Made by a program: the position numbers and the translations under genes. 64,000 nt of DNA from Nannocystales bacterium (GTDB lineage: Bacteria; Myxococcota_A; Polyangia; Nannocystales; Nannocystaceae): positions 350,459 through 414,458 of the forward strand of contig JBOEGF010000008.1 in NCBI GenBank assembly GCA_050633305.1, in the 5' to 3' direction. The notes under the pieces are model-generated. The model saw nothing but the letters and a program-made list of their open reading frames with translations. It was not told where the DNA came from and searched no databases. Of the stretch, positions 46,570 to 56,257 are shown one piece after another (the stretch's first letter is position 1; every line of letters begins with the position of its first letter).

Positions 46570-48264
46570 CTACTGCTCGGCGGCCTTCGTGTCGCCGGGC
46601 TCCGGCGTAGCCTCGGCCGACCCCGAATCCGGAGCCTTCTTCGGCTCCGCAGCTGCGCCTTCCGGCACCGGCTTCGCCGCGGGGTCGGTCGGCGCTTTCT
46701 CGGCGGTCCCGGCGTCGGCTGCAGGGGTCTTGCCGTCCGCTGCAGGGGTCTTGCCGTCCGCTTCGGGGGTCTCACCGTCCGCTTCGGGCTTTTCACCGTC
46801 GGCCGCCGGGGTCCCACCGTCTGCGGGTGGTGCCACGTCCTTGCGCTTCGGGTTCGCCGCGCCGTCGGGATTCCCTTTGCCCGCGGCGAGCTGCTTCTGC
46901 GCGAACGCCAAAGTCTCGCCCTGCAACCGATGCATCCGGAACGGAACGCGAACCTTGCCGCCGAAGATGTCGGGGCTCCAGTACTCCCAGACGACCTCCC
47001 CCTCGGGCGTGACTTCGAACGCACGACCCCGCTGAGAGCTGACCACCAGCGTTCCGCCGTTGGGCAGACGCTGTGACAGCCCCCGGATGTTGGAGAAAAA
47101 GTCCTCGTCCTTGTACTCCCAGACGATCTTGGACGTCGACGGGTCGAGTTCCACGACCCGCGACCAACGCCGCCTGCGACCGTTGTCGAACACCAACAGG
47201 TTTCCGTTGTCGAGCTGCTCGGGGTCGTGCTGTTTCTGCAACTCGCCGGGGCCCCAATGCCACTTCGGCTCGTGCGTCGTGCGGTCGAGAACCACGACCA
47301 TGTTCATCTCGCGGACGGAGGTGATGATGTCGCCCTCGTTCCAAACACCCTCGATGTCCTTCTTCGCGAAGTTGAGCGTGTTGGCGTGGAAGATGTCTCG
47401 GCCGAAGAGCACCCGCCCCTCCGCCTCGTCGAACCCGTCTTCATCCTCATCGTGGGCAAGTCCGCCCCGAGGCGCTTTGCGGGAGAGGCTCTTGCGAACG
47501 TGCGCCTTGAACTCCGGCATGTCCTGGAGAGCATCAAAGAGCCAAAACTCCTCCTCGACCTCGCCGTCGAGGCCGAGAACCACAATGCCGTTGTCGAGCA
47601 GGTCGAAGTTCTGGCCATCGAAGCTCGCGTGCCGACCATGCTCGACCAACCCCCAGACTTTTCCGTCTTCGGCGATCGAGAAGTCGTGGTGGAACGCCTT
47701 CTTCACTCCCCACACGGTGTTCGAGTCCCAGTCGATCTTCACGAAACCGGTGCGAGCGTTCACGGCATAGAGGTTGCCCGTGGCGTCCATCTTGGCGATC
47801 GCCCAGCCACGCTTGGGGCCCGGGACGTAGTCCGTAGACCACGCATGCAGGACCTCGCCCTCGTTGTTGATGATCCGAGCCTCGCGGAGGACCTTGCCCC
47901 CGCCCGCCCGGCGGAACTTCCGACCCCATGCGCATGGGTTGTACAGAGACAGGCCCGAGTGAGCCTTGGCCTCGTTGTTCACGGTGGTCCCGACCTTCCC
48001 CCGGTCTTCCTCGGTGATGTCGACCGCACCGATGTAGCCGAGCGACTCGAGGTTGCCGTGCCCTTTTCCTCGGCGACGACCCTTCCGGCCCCGGCGCTTC
48101 CGCCTCTTGCCGCTCTTCGTGTCGGCTTCTTCCTCGTCGGTCTCCTCCGCGATGGGCTCGTCTTCCTCCGAACCCGACAACTTCACGGTTCCCGAGGCGA
48201 ACAAAACAGCAATCACGCCACCAACCGCGGCAGCACCGATCAGACCCGATTTCACGGCCGACAT
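46570..48264 (-). CDS. Arylsulfotransferase (ASST)-family beta-propeller protein, N-terminally anchored
   Basis: Motifs HHD, FHANT, QHDP...NGNLLVFDNG and QRLPNG.TLV. TM anchor, Arg-rich segment, LESLGYIG and a C-terminal PAADGK repeat tail. Confidence 0.88.
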   Translation of the reverse strand: MSAVKSGLIGAAAVGGVIAVLFASGTVKLSGSEEDEPIAEETDEEEADTKSGKRRKRRGRKGRRRGKGHGNLESLGYIGAVDITEEDRGKVGTTVNNEAKAHSGLSLYNPCAWGRKFRRAGGGKVLREARIINNEGEVLHAWSTDYVPGPKRGWAIAKMDATGNLYAVNARTGFVKIDWDSNTVWGVKKAFHHDFSIAEDGKVWGLVEHGRHASFDGQNFDLLDNGIVVLGLDGEVEEEFWLFDALQDMPEFKAHVRKSLSRKAPRGGLAHDEDEDGFDEAEGRVLFGRDIFHANTLNFAKKDIEGVWNEGDIITSVREMNMVVVLDRTTHEPKWHWGPGELQKQHDPEQLDNGNLLVFDNGRRRRWSRVVELDPSTSKIVWEYKDEDFFSNIRGLSQRLPNGGTLVVSSQRGRAFEVTPEGEVVWEYWSPDIFGGKVRVPFRMHRLQGETLAFAQKQLAAGKGNPDGAANPKRKDVAPPADGGTPAADGEKPEADGETPEADGKTPAADGKTPAADAGTAEKAPTDPAAKPVPEGAAAEPKKAPDSGSAEATPEPGDTKAAEQ

Positions 48265-48298
48265 CAGGGGGCCACCATGCGTCGACCTCCGAGCAGCG

Positions 48299-50677
48299 TC
48301 AAGAACGCGCGCGGGATCGACGAGACCGTGGTCGCGAGAAGTTGTCGGCCCCTGCGGGCCGGTAGCCGAGGCTTTGCACCACCCCCGTGAGTTCACGCGG
48401 AGAGCAGTTCAACCACCGCCGAAGGAACGACGGCGACGGGAACGGATCGGCGTTGGAGGCCTCGACCGCGAGGGCAGCCGCAACTCGCTCGGCAACATCG
48501 GCCCGCACCGCCATTTCTCCCATCGCAACGAAACCAAGGCTGTCGAGCGCACGGGTGTCGAACCCATCAGGGATCACCCACGACGGCTGGTCACGCACAA
48601 CGGGAGCCGTGCCGAGCCGGTTGGCCCACGCCCAACAAAGCGCATGACGAATCGCCAGGTTCTCCGAGCTCAAGCTGGCCTTCAGGTAGATCGCGACCGG
48701 ACCCAGGGCGACCCCAGCGTCCGCGAGTTCAGCCTTGTCCGCGACCGTCAACGCGTCCAGTTCGGTGCGTACCGTCGAGGTGGCCACGGAACCCAACGCC
48801 TGCTCCAGGCGATACGCGAGACCACGAAGGGAAGCGCGCGAAGCGTCGAGCAGCGGCGCGAGCCCTCCGACAACCCCATGCAACGCATCGACGGTCCATG
48901 CTTGCAGACGGCGTTGCAGTCGCGCCCTCGCTCCGGCAGTCCACCCCTGCGCATCCACAACCAACTCCGGATGCAGGAGTTCCTTGCCTCGTCGCCACCC
49001 TCCCAGCGGGACGTCGCCGCAGGAGATGCGAGCCCGCGCATCGAGGACGAAGGCATCGTGGTCGGCTTCGACGATCGACTGGACCAGCTCGAGCGCATCA
49101 TCGATCTCCGGTTCGGCGCCGCCGACTGCGAGTCCCGCCAGCGCAGCGAATGGGTTGTTGGGGTCTGGCGCCTCGCCTCCGCTCGCTCGGGTCTTCGGTG
49201 GAGCACGCCGACGGCCCGCCGGGCGTGTCGGTGTTCCCACGGTCTTGGCGACAAAGCGCTCCGTCAGCCGTTGATGGAGCGCATCGCTGATCCGATCCTC
49301 GATCGACCGCGTGACCTCTTGCCAGTGAGACGCACCGGGAACCCATCGTTCGTGATTGGCGATGTACGTCCACGTACGGATGAACGCCATCCGGGTCATC
49401 AAGGTATCGATGTCTCCGACGACATCGTCGAGGCGGTCGATCCGCCGCCGCATCCAAGTCTCGTCGATGCGCCCGGTCTCGCCGGTGAGTTGATCGTAGA
49501 TTCGCGCGAGCAGCTGAACATGGCTCTCGAGCATGAGCTTGCGAAAGTCCGGGATCCGGCAGACCTCCCACAACAACCCGACGGCCTCAGGCCCGTGCGC
49601 CCGCTTGCGGACCGACGACAACCTGCAAAGCTGACTAAACGCATCGAAGTCGTCCGCCTGCTCCAACATGCGGAGCCTCTTGCTACGCCGTGGCCTCGCT
49701 CTCAGAGAAGCTTCGAGGTCTTCGATCGAGCCGAAGTCGAGATCACCGCTTCGCCAGACCACGTGGCGGACCGGTTCGAAAGAATGGGACTCGACCGCCC
49801 GGACGACCTGATCGTCCAACGGCGGGTTTGAACGCAGCAGCGCAAACACTCCGTCCCTCGTATAGCGACCGGCCCGTCCCGCGATTTGTCCGAGCTCGCT
49901 GGGATGCAGGGGACGGGACTCGCGGCCGTCGAACTTGTTGGTCGACGCGAACACCACCCGGTCCAAGTCGAGGTTGAGCCCCATGCCAATCGCGTCGGTC
50001 GCGACCATGTACTCGACCTCGCCGGACTCGTACATCGCGACCTGTGCATTGCGAGCCCGCGGCGAGAGAGCCCCCAGAACCACGGCGGTTCCACCATGCC
50101 GCTGCCGCAGGTGCTCGGCCAGTTCGTAGACCTCGGCCACCGAGAACGCCACGACCGCCGTTCGCGGAGGCAAGGCGGCGACCGAGACCATGCCGCCGTA
50201 GGTCAGCTTGGAGAACCTGGGGTGACGCTGAATGTCCGCGGTCGGGACGAGTTCCTCGATCGCCGGCACCATCGTGTCCGAGCCGAGAAACCAGGTCTCA
50301 CGGGTGCCCCGGAGATTGAGCAACCGATTCGTGAACGTGTGGCCGCGTTGCCGATGCGCGGCCAGCTGAATCTCGTCGATGCAGACGAAGTCCACGTCGA
50401 GATCCAGCGGCATCGACTCGACGGTGCAGATCCAGTACCGCGGCCGCTTGGGGATCCGCTTCTCCTCCCCCGTGACCAGCGCGACCTGTTGCTCGCCCAC
50501 CCGGGCGGTGACGCGATCGTACACTTCCCGCGCGAGTAGCCGCAGCGGCAGCCCGACCATTCCGGTCCGGTGCGACAGCAGCTGCTCGATCGCGCGGTGG
50601 GTCTTCCCCGTATTGGTCGGGCCAAGCAGCGCCGATACGCCGGCCCCGCCCCTGGAGGTCAGACCGGAGGAAGGCAC
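48299..50677 (-). CDS. SUV3-like (MgpS-type) SF2 helicase
   Basis: Motifs GPTNTGKT, PLRLLA, TGEEK, CTVE, DEIQ, ATDAIGMGLN and QIAGRAGR. Confidence 0.92.
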   Translation of the reverse strand: MPSSGLTSRGGAGVSALLGPTNTGKTHRAIEQLLSHRTGMVGLPLRLLAREVYDRVTARVGEQQVALVTGEEKRIPKRPRYWICTVESMPLDLDVDFVCIDEIQLAAHRQRGHTFTNRLLNLRGTRETWFLGSDTMVPAIEELVPTADIQRHPRFSKLTYGGMVSVAALPPRTAVVAFSVAEVYELAEHLRQRHGGTAVVLGALSPRARNAQVAMYESGEVEYMVATDAIGMGLNLDLDRVVFASTNKFDGRESRPLHPSELGQIAGRAGRYTRDGVFALLRSNPPLDDQVVRAVESHSFEPVRHVVWRSGDLDFGSIEDLEASLRARPRRSKRLRMLEQADDFDAFSQLCRLSSVRKRAHGPEAVGLLWEVCRIPDFRKLMLESHVQLLARIYDQLTGETGRIDETWMRRRIDRLDDVVGDIDTLMTRMAFIRTWTYIANHERWVPGASHWQEVTRSIEDRISDALHQRLTERFVAKTVGTPTRPAGRRRAPPKTRASGGEAPDPNNPFAALAGLAVGGAEPEIDDALELVQSIVEADHDAFVLDARARISCGDVPLGGWRRGKELLHPELVVDAQGWTAGARARLQRRLQAWTVDALHGVVGGLAPLLDASRASLRGLAYRLEQALGSVATSTVRTELDALTVADKAELADAGVALGPVAIYLKASLSSENLAIRHALCWAWANRLGTAPVVRDQPSWVIPDGFDTRALDSLGFVAMGEMAVRADVAERVAAALAVEASNADPFPSPSFLRRWLNCSPRELTGVVQSLGYRPAGADNFSRPRSRRSRARS

Positions 50678-50792
50678 GACGATCCCCGCCTCAAGTCGAG
50701 GACGAGTCTGAGAGCTGGCCTCGAAGCCGCTCTCGAGTCAGATGTCGCGCGAAATGGCGAGATCTGACTCAACCGACGCGACGTCGCCAACC

Positions 50793-51404
50793 TCAGGACG
50801 CGCGAACAGCTCGAACGAGTCCCGAGATGAAGTTGCCGACGAAGTCGTCGCGGTCGGGCACGGGGAACACAGGGTGCCCCTCACTGACCCGCCCGTTGAT
50901 CATCAGCGAGGCGAGACCGTGCAGTGATGCCCAGAACAACAGCGCCGTGTTGTCGACATCCACGTCGTGCCGGAACGCGCCCGCCCGAACACCGATCTCG
51001 AACGCCTCCCGGGTCTGCCGAAGGGGAGCCATGAGCAAGTCGCGCTCATCCTCCTCTAGGCTGGCCCAGTCGACCTCGTCCCCTTGAAACAGCACCTTGT
51101 AGAGCCAAGGATTGCTCAGTGCGAAGTCCGTATACCGTCGCGCGATTTCCCGAATCCGTGCCTCGGCGTTGCCGAGTTCAGCGGATGCAGCCATCGCGGA
51201 CAGCAACGTGTCCACACCATGCAGCCGGATCTCCCGAAGGATGGCGGCCTTGCTTTCAAAGTGCTGGTAGAGCGCTGTCGCGCTTACCCCGAGTCTCGCG
51301 GCGATCGCCCTCATGGTGAGCCCGTCTTCACCGAGCTCACTGCCCAGCTGGATGCTCACCCTGACGATTTCGTCGTGAAGACCTGCTTTTGCCGGAAGCC
51401 TCAC
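50793..51404 (-). CDS. TetR/AcrR family transcriptional regulator
   Basis: HTH LTMRAIAARLGVSATALYQHFESK and C-terminal WASLHG. Confidence 0.93.
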   Translation of the reverse strand: MRLPAKAGLHDEIVRVSIQLGSELGEDGLTMRAIAARLGVSATALYQHFESKAAILREIRLHGVDTLLSAMAASAELGNAEARIREIARRYTDFALSNPWLYKVLFQGDEVDWASLEEDERDLLMAPLRQTREAFEIGVRAGAFRHDVDVDNTALLFWASLHGLASLMINGRVSEGHPVFPVPDRDDFVGNFISGLVRAVRAS

Positions 51405-51633
51405 GACTTCACCGTATCACCGTTTACAACTGAACGGGTCGCGCATCGAGAACGGAATCGGCCCAAAACGGGCCCCTTCGCGTTCCGCCCGCCGAAGAGA
51501 TCTAAAGAACTACGTGTAGTTCAGCGTTCCGCACCGGCAGTCGATGAATTTTGAAACAGGAGAAAAAGCACCCTTGTTAGCTATGACAGCTTGTGAGAGG
51601 TTCTCGTCTCGGGGTAGGACCCGCGGTTCAACG

Positions 51634-52602
51634 ATGTCACGTCTAACTCTCCCTTCCCTTTTTGGAGCTGCGGCTCTCTCTGTGTGCCTCGTCGCCTGTG
51701 ACGCCGACTCCGACCCGATGGGTAGCGACGCGCAAGGCCAAGGGGAGACGGAGACCGATGACGACGAGGAGACCGCCGAAACGATGCCGGTCGATCCTTC
51801 GGCGACCTCTGGCGCCCCCGAGCCGACGGCAACCACGGGCCCCGCCGATGACACCGACACGGCCGACACCGCCGACACCGCCGACACCGAGGACACGGTT
51901 GGGTTCATCGAGGAGCCCGACGGCGGTGGCGTCGCTGTCGAGTGTGATGTCTGGACCGATGACTGCCCCAAGGGGGAGAAGTGCATGCCCTGGGCGAACG
52001 ACGGCGGCAACTCGTGGAACGCCACACGGTGCTCACCGATCGATGCAAACCCAGGCCAGGTCGGCGACACGTGCACGGTCGAGGGCAGCGGCGTCAGCGG
52101 AGTGGACAGCTGTGACGCACGGTCCATGTGCTACTACGTCGACTCAGAGGTTGGAGAAGGCATCTGCGTCGGCTTCTGCGAAGGCACGCAGGCGGCACCC
52201 ACCTGTGACACGGGCTCGATCTGCACGATCGTCAACGGCGGCGTGCTGACTCTGTGCCGCCCCGAGTGTGACCCGTTGTTGCAGGACTGTGAAGGCTCGG
52301 CGGCGTGCCTGCCTGCGAGCGGTGCGGAAGGCTTCACATGCATCGTCGACGCGTCTGGTGAAGACGCCGGCGGGTTCGGGGATCCTTGCGAGTTCGTCAA
52401 CGCGTGTGACCCCGGCCTGTTCTGCGCGGCCGCGGACGGCGTACCCGATTGCGCAGGTGCGACCGGATGCTGCTCCGAGTTCTGTGAGCTCGAAGGCGCT
52501 GAAGAGTGCACCAGCCCGTCACAGGAGTGCGTCTCCTGGTTCGAGGAAGGTGCCGTGCCTCCGGGGCTCGAGTCCGTCGGAGCTTGCCTGATCCCGGTCT
52601 AA
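51634..52602 (+). CDS. Cys-rich lipoprotein, paralog of 40974-41999
   Basis: Lipobox LVAC, acidic/Thr linker, CPKGEKCMPWANDGGNSWNATRC. Confidence 0.87.
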   Translation: MSRLTLPSLFGAAALSVCLVACDADSDPMGSDAQGQGETETDDDEETAETMPVDPSATSGAPEPTATTGPADDTDTADTADTADTEDTVGFIEEPDGGGVAVECDVWTDDCPKGEKCMPWANDGGNSWNATRCSPIDANPGQVGDTCTVEGSGVSGVDSCDARSMCYYVDSEVGEGICVGFCEGTQAAPTCDTGSICTIVNGGVLTLCRPECDPLLQDCEGSAACLPASGAEGFTCIVDASGEDAGGFGDPCEFVNACDPGLFCAAADGVPDCAGATGCCSEFCELEGAEECTSPSQECVSWFEEGAVPPGLESVGACLIPV

Positions 52603-52620
52603 ACCGCCGAGCTCGACAGC

Positions 52621-52647
52621 CAAAGCCCCGGTCTCCCCGGGGCTTTG
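52621..52647 (+). terminator. Intrinsic terminator-like hairpin
   Basis: CAAAGCCCCGG-tctcc-CCGGGGCTTTG just after the stop at 52602. Confidence 0.75.
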
Positions 52648-52690
52648 GTCGTGGTTGACGAAGTATCAACCCGCTTGCACCCTTTCTTCC

Positions 52691-53446
52691 ATGAAGTTGG
52701 TGTGGGTCGCTTCGGTCGTGGGGGCGCTTGGAACGAGCGGCTGTGCGAGCTCGGAGCCCGTCCCGAGAGAACAGACGAGCGCGGGTCCTACCGACGACGA
52801 CGACGACGTCGCGACGTCCGGCGTCCCCGAGCCAACCTCCACCACGGAAGGTCCAACGACCGACCCGACGACGGCCGCGACCGATGAAACCGACGGCCCG
52901 TCGACGACCCCTACCGCCGGGCCCGGGGAGGGCTCGACGGGAAGCGACGAGTCGACCGGGGCCCCGCCGACGGACTGTGCTGGCGCGACGTCCAACATCA
53001 CCCAAAACGGGGAAGTGCTCGCATCCTCGGTGTTTGACTCGTTGTTTGGTCCCGCATACGAGGCCGACCTCGCAATCGACGGCGACGTCGCAACCTCCTG
53101 GTTCTCCGCAGGCCCCTCCGAGGACGGCGTCGAGTCGACGTTCGAGTGGTACACGCAGTTCGATCACTGCATCGACGGCATCGCGCTCATCTCAAATTCG
53201 ATGCACGCCAACCCAGACTTCCACGAAGGCTTCGGGTTCGAAGCCGCCACCGTGGAGATTGTCGATCAATCCGGCTCCGTGGTGTTCGAGGAAGACCTCG
53301 ACCTCTCGGGGACACCGGACCCCGACATCGTCCTCGATGCAGGTGGCGTGTTGGGCAACCAGATCCGGCTCAGGTTTCGAGAGCACGAGTCCGAGGACTG
53401 CGGTGGTTTCGCGGAGCTTGCGATCGACGGTCGGACACAGCGCTGA
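52691..53446 (+). CDS. Lipoprotein with a discoidin/F5-8 type C (galactose-binding-like) domain
   Basis: Lipobox TSGC, ASS, AIDGDVATSW and C-terminal GFAEL.I.G. Confidence 0.78.
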   Translation: MKLVWVASVVGALGTSGCASSEPVPREQTSAGPTDDDDDVATSGVPEPTSTTEGPTTDPTTAATDETDGPSTTPTAGPGEGSTGSDESTGAPPTDCAGATSNITQNGEVLASSVFDSLFGPAYEADLAIDGDVATSWFSAGPSEDGVESTFEWYTQFDHCIDGIALISNSMHANPDFHEGFGFEAATVEIVDQSGSVVFEEDLDLSGTPDPDIVLDAGGVLGNQIRLRFREHESEDCGGFAELAIDGRTQR

Positions 53447-55484
53447 GAGCATCGGACACCGATCCCGCCGCGCTCAGGGAGAGCACGAGTTTTTCCGCGC
53501 TGTGCGGGTCGGTGAGGTGGAGGACGCCCTCGACCAAGCGTCGCGTGCCATCGCGCTCCTCAAAGCGCGGAGCCTCGGTTCGCGAAGCCCATGAAACAAA
53601 GTCGCCACCCGCTTCGGCGAGCGTGGTCGCGGTCAGTGCCGCATAGGTCCGAGTCGAGACATGAGGCCGCAACGCCTGCGCGACGTGCCCCATGGTGTAG
53701 CGAGGATTGAGGTCGACCAGAGGACGGAGCCGAAGGCCCAATGGGGTCTGGACCAGCAACGCATCCACGCCCGCGGGTCCGCGGAATCCTCTGGAAGAGG
53801 CCGCCTCCCCCACGACGTCCGCGACCTGGCGGGCCATCCGTTCGAGGCGCTTGGGGTCACTCCCGTCGCCGCGCAGCCATCGACGTACCTCGGACGACAG
53901 CCCGACATCCGCGGCGCCGATCGCCGCGTAGACGAACTGGCCAGCCACACTGCTCCCGCAGCGACCCACACCCAGCACGCTCGCCCCCGTAGCGTCGACC
54001 AGGAGTCGAATGGAGAACTGCGCCACAACGTCGAACTCGGGCTCGACGACGATCCCGCCCCCACGGCGCAGCAACGCGTCGACAAACAGGACGTCATCCG
54101 CCCGGCCGCAATGGACCCGGTGGCCACGCCCCGCAGCGCCGAATGGTGGTTTGACTCGGGTTGCGTACCCCAGCGCCTCGAAGTCGCTGCGGGCTCGGTC
54201 CAGCTCGGCGCGCGACTCGACGATTCGCGAGCGCAGGTGTGGCTCCGTCCACGCGGCATCGGGCGCAATGCGCTCGGCCAGCTCGACCGTGAAACGCTTG
54301 TCGTAGAGAGGACGGACCGCGTCATTCCACACGGCGCCCTTGTCCGGGTCCGACACGCGAACCCGTGCGGTCGCCCCAAACGCGCTCGCTCGCGGGGATG
54401 TCCCCCACGGACGGAGTTCACGCAAGGCACCAAGAGAGCTCGGCGCGGGCCAAGGACTGCGCTCGAGTTCGGCCATCTCGAACCGCGGCAGAACAAACCC
54501 GGCCTCCCCAAGCTGCTCCAAGAACGCCACCCGAGGTCGACGGCGCACCAAGACCACATCGGAGGCCGCGGCGAAGACCATGGGCACCGTCTCCAAGTCG
54601 GCAACTGCGGCCAGCGCAGAGCGACGAGGCGTGTGGCGTAACCCGTGCTCGACCTCTTGCTCGGCCGCGCCGTTGAACCAGAACACCCGCGCAGCGCTTC
54701 CTTTGCTCCCGCCACTGGTCCGCAGGCGCTCGATGTACGCGCTCGGAAGCCCCGCTTGCTGGCGCGGTCCAGCCTCAAACCCGACCCCTTTCGCTCGAAT
54801 GATCTGAAGCGGCCCCGCGAGGGCATCGCGATGAGCGTCGAACAGCGATGTGTCCGGCTCCTTCCACCGCTCAAACCACCGCAAGCCAAGTGCGACGTGG
54901 CCGATCTCATCATCGAGCACCGTCTGTAGGACCGCGGCGGTCTCGTGGTCCCCCATCGCCGCAAAACCACGCCGGTAGTGCTCCGCAAAATCGAGGTTGG
55001 CCTGCTCGAACGTGAGGCTGAGATGCGCCACGAAGCCCGACGCCGTCTCGATCCCCGACATCGCCCGCCAGAAGAAGCCACTGAGGGGACGTGAGCCAAA
55101 CTGGACGCCAAGCGCACCCATCCGCTCGAGGTACAGCTGCAGATGGGTCTGTTCTTCGCGAAGCGTCTGCACCAGGCCTCGCCGAAACGCGGCAGGGGCG
55201 TCGGGGAAGCGCAACAACGCTTGGGCAAGCAGCTCGATCGCCAGCAGCTCGTGGTTGGCGAACGCGTGCAGGAGCGCCCCTCGTTCGGCGGCCGCCTCGG
55301 GAACGTGCAGCGGTGTGCTCGGCGTCCGCCCTGTGCACAGGGCAAGCTCGTGCGCACGGCCCGGCTCGCTCGGCAAGCGGCTCGGATGCGTCGGGCGCTC
55401 GTCGGTCAACAGCGACGGCGCGAGCAGCTTGTCGGCGAGCGTCCTCCCGACCAACACCTGCTCCGCGAACGCCGTGACTTCCAT
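53370..55484 (-). CDS. DUF455 ferritin-like domain fused to an ATP-grasp-like domain
   Basis: Diiron ligands HAFANHELLAIE, EEQTH, FEQANLD and DEIGHV. C-terminal VKPPFGAAGRG, VVEP, GPAGVD and DLNPRYTMG. Confidence 0.82.
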   Translation of the reverse strand: MEVTAFAEQVLVGRTLADKLLAPSLLTDERPTHPSRLPSEPGRAHELALCTGRTPSTPLHVPEAAAERGALLHAFANHELLAIELLAQALLRFPDAPAAFRRGLVQTLREEQTHLQLYLERMGALGVQFGSRPLSGFFWRAMSGIETASGFVAHLSLTFEQANLDFAEHYRRGFAAMGDHETAAVLQTVLDDEIGHVALGLRWFERWKEPDTSLFDAHRDALAGPLQIIRAKGVGFEAGPRQQAGLPSAYIERLRTSGGSKGSAARVFWFNGAAEQEVEHGLRHTPRRSALAAVADLETVPMVFAAASDVVLVRRRPRVAFLEQLGEAGFVLPRFEMAELERSPWPAPSSLGALRELRPWGTSPRASAFGATARVRVSDPDKGAVWNDAVRPLYDKRFTVELAERIAPDAAWTEPHLRSRIVESRAELDRARSDFEALGYATRVKPPFGAAGRGHRVHCGRADDVLFVDALLRRGGGIVVEPEFDVVAQFSIRLLVDATGASVLGVGRCGSSVAGQFVYAAIGAADVGLSSEVRRWLRGDGSDPKRLERMARQVADVVGEAASSRGFRGPAGVDALLVQTPLGLRLRPLVDLNPRYTMGHVAQALRPHVSTRTYAALTATTLAEAGGDFVSWASRTEAPRFEERDGTRRLVEGVLHLTDPHSAEKLVLSLSAAGSVSDALSAVSDRRSQAPRNHRSPRTRALET

Positions 55485-55489
55485 GGCGT

Positions 55490-56131
55490 CTATTTCTTCG
55501 TCTCCATCGACGAGAGTGTGTAGGTGCGCTCGGTCGCGTCCTCCGCCTCAGACGTATTCGGGTGGTCGACGACCTTGGCGTAGACGCCGGGTTTGTCCGC
55601 CACCATCCATACGGTCCGGTGCGCACCGAAGAATCCCTTCAGCTCCACGACGACGGTCTCGAAGGTCCCCGCGGGGACCGTCACCGATTCCTTGCGAACC
55701 AGGGTCATCTCCGGCCGCTCGACCGCAAAGAAGGGGGAGTATTTGCTCCAATCGACGGTCTGCAACTGCTTGGCCGCTTCCCCTTTCGCGCTGGTGTGAA
55801 ACGCGACCACACCGATCCCTCCGGGGTTGGTCGCCTTGACCACCGCCTGGTAGGTGTCCTCGACCGGCTTCCCCTTCGCGTCGGTTCCGGACACGGCGTA
55901 CTCCAAGGTGAGCCCCATCGGCAGGCCCTCCTTCATGATGTCGACACTCCACGGCATCTCGAGCGCGTTCGGGTCCTTCTTCGGCGTCGCGGCCTTTCGC
56001 TCGGCCTCGGCCTTGGCCTTCTTGTCCGCCTCCTTCTTGTCGGACTCCGCAAGGACTTCGCTGACGGTCTTGTCCGAGGAGTCGCAGCCGGCGGCGAGCA
56101 GGATCGCCAGAAAAAGAGCGCTTCGAGCCAT
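55490..56131 (-). CDS. Hypothetical lipoprotein (DUF3108-like beta-rich C-terminus)
   Basis: Lipobox AAGC and ESVTVPAGTFET motif. Confidence 0.78.
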   Translation of the reverse strand: MARSALFLAILLAAGCDSSDKTVSEVLAESDKKEADKKAKAEAERKAATPKKDPNALEMPWSVDIMKEGLPMGLTLEYAVSGTDAKGKPVEDTYQAVVKATNPGGIGVVAFHTSAKGEAAKQLQTVDWSKYSPFFAVERPEMTLVRKESVTVPAGTFETVVVELKGFFGAHRTVWMVADKPGVYAKVVDHPNTSEAEDATERTYTLSSMETKK

Positions 56132-56257
56132 GGCCGGACCATACGACCGGCCCCAGACGGGCCGCAAGACACGCATGGCGGCCGCTCTCAGAAGATTCAA
56201 AAAAAATGAGTTCGGGCGCAATTGGTCTTTGGCCGGCTGGGTACTTCCCCTGCCGAG

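Noticed and set aside
48340..48380. Other LGY occurrences (helicase VVQSLGY; LKKLGY in the 8583 enzyme; ILGY in the DUF1835 protein)
   Set aside because: These lie within the normal family motifs of those proteins and lack the free acidic-helix context, so I did not count them as the LxxLGY tag.
53370..53446. 77-bp overlap of convergent 3' ends
   Set aside because: Probably a non-conserved C-terminal run-on of the DUF455 fusion, which is common in GC-rich genomes.
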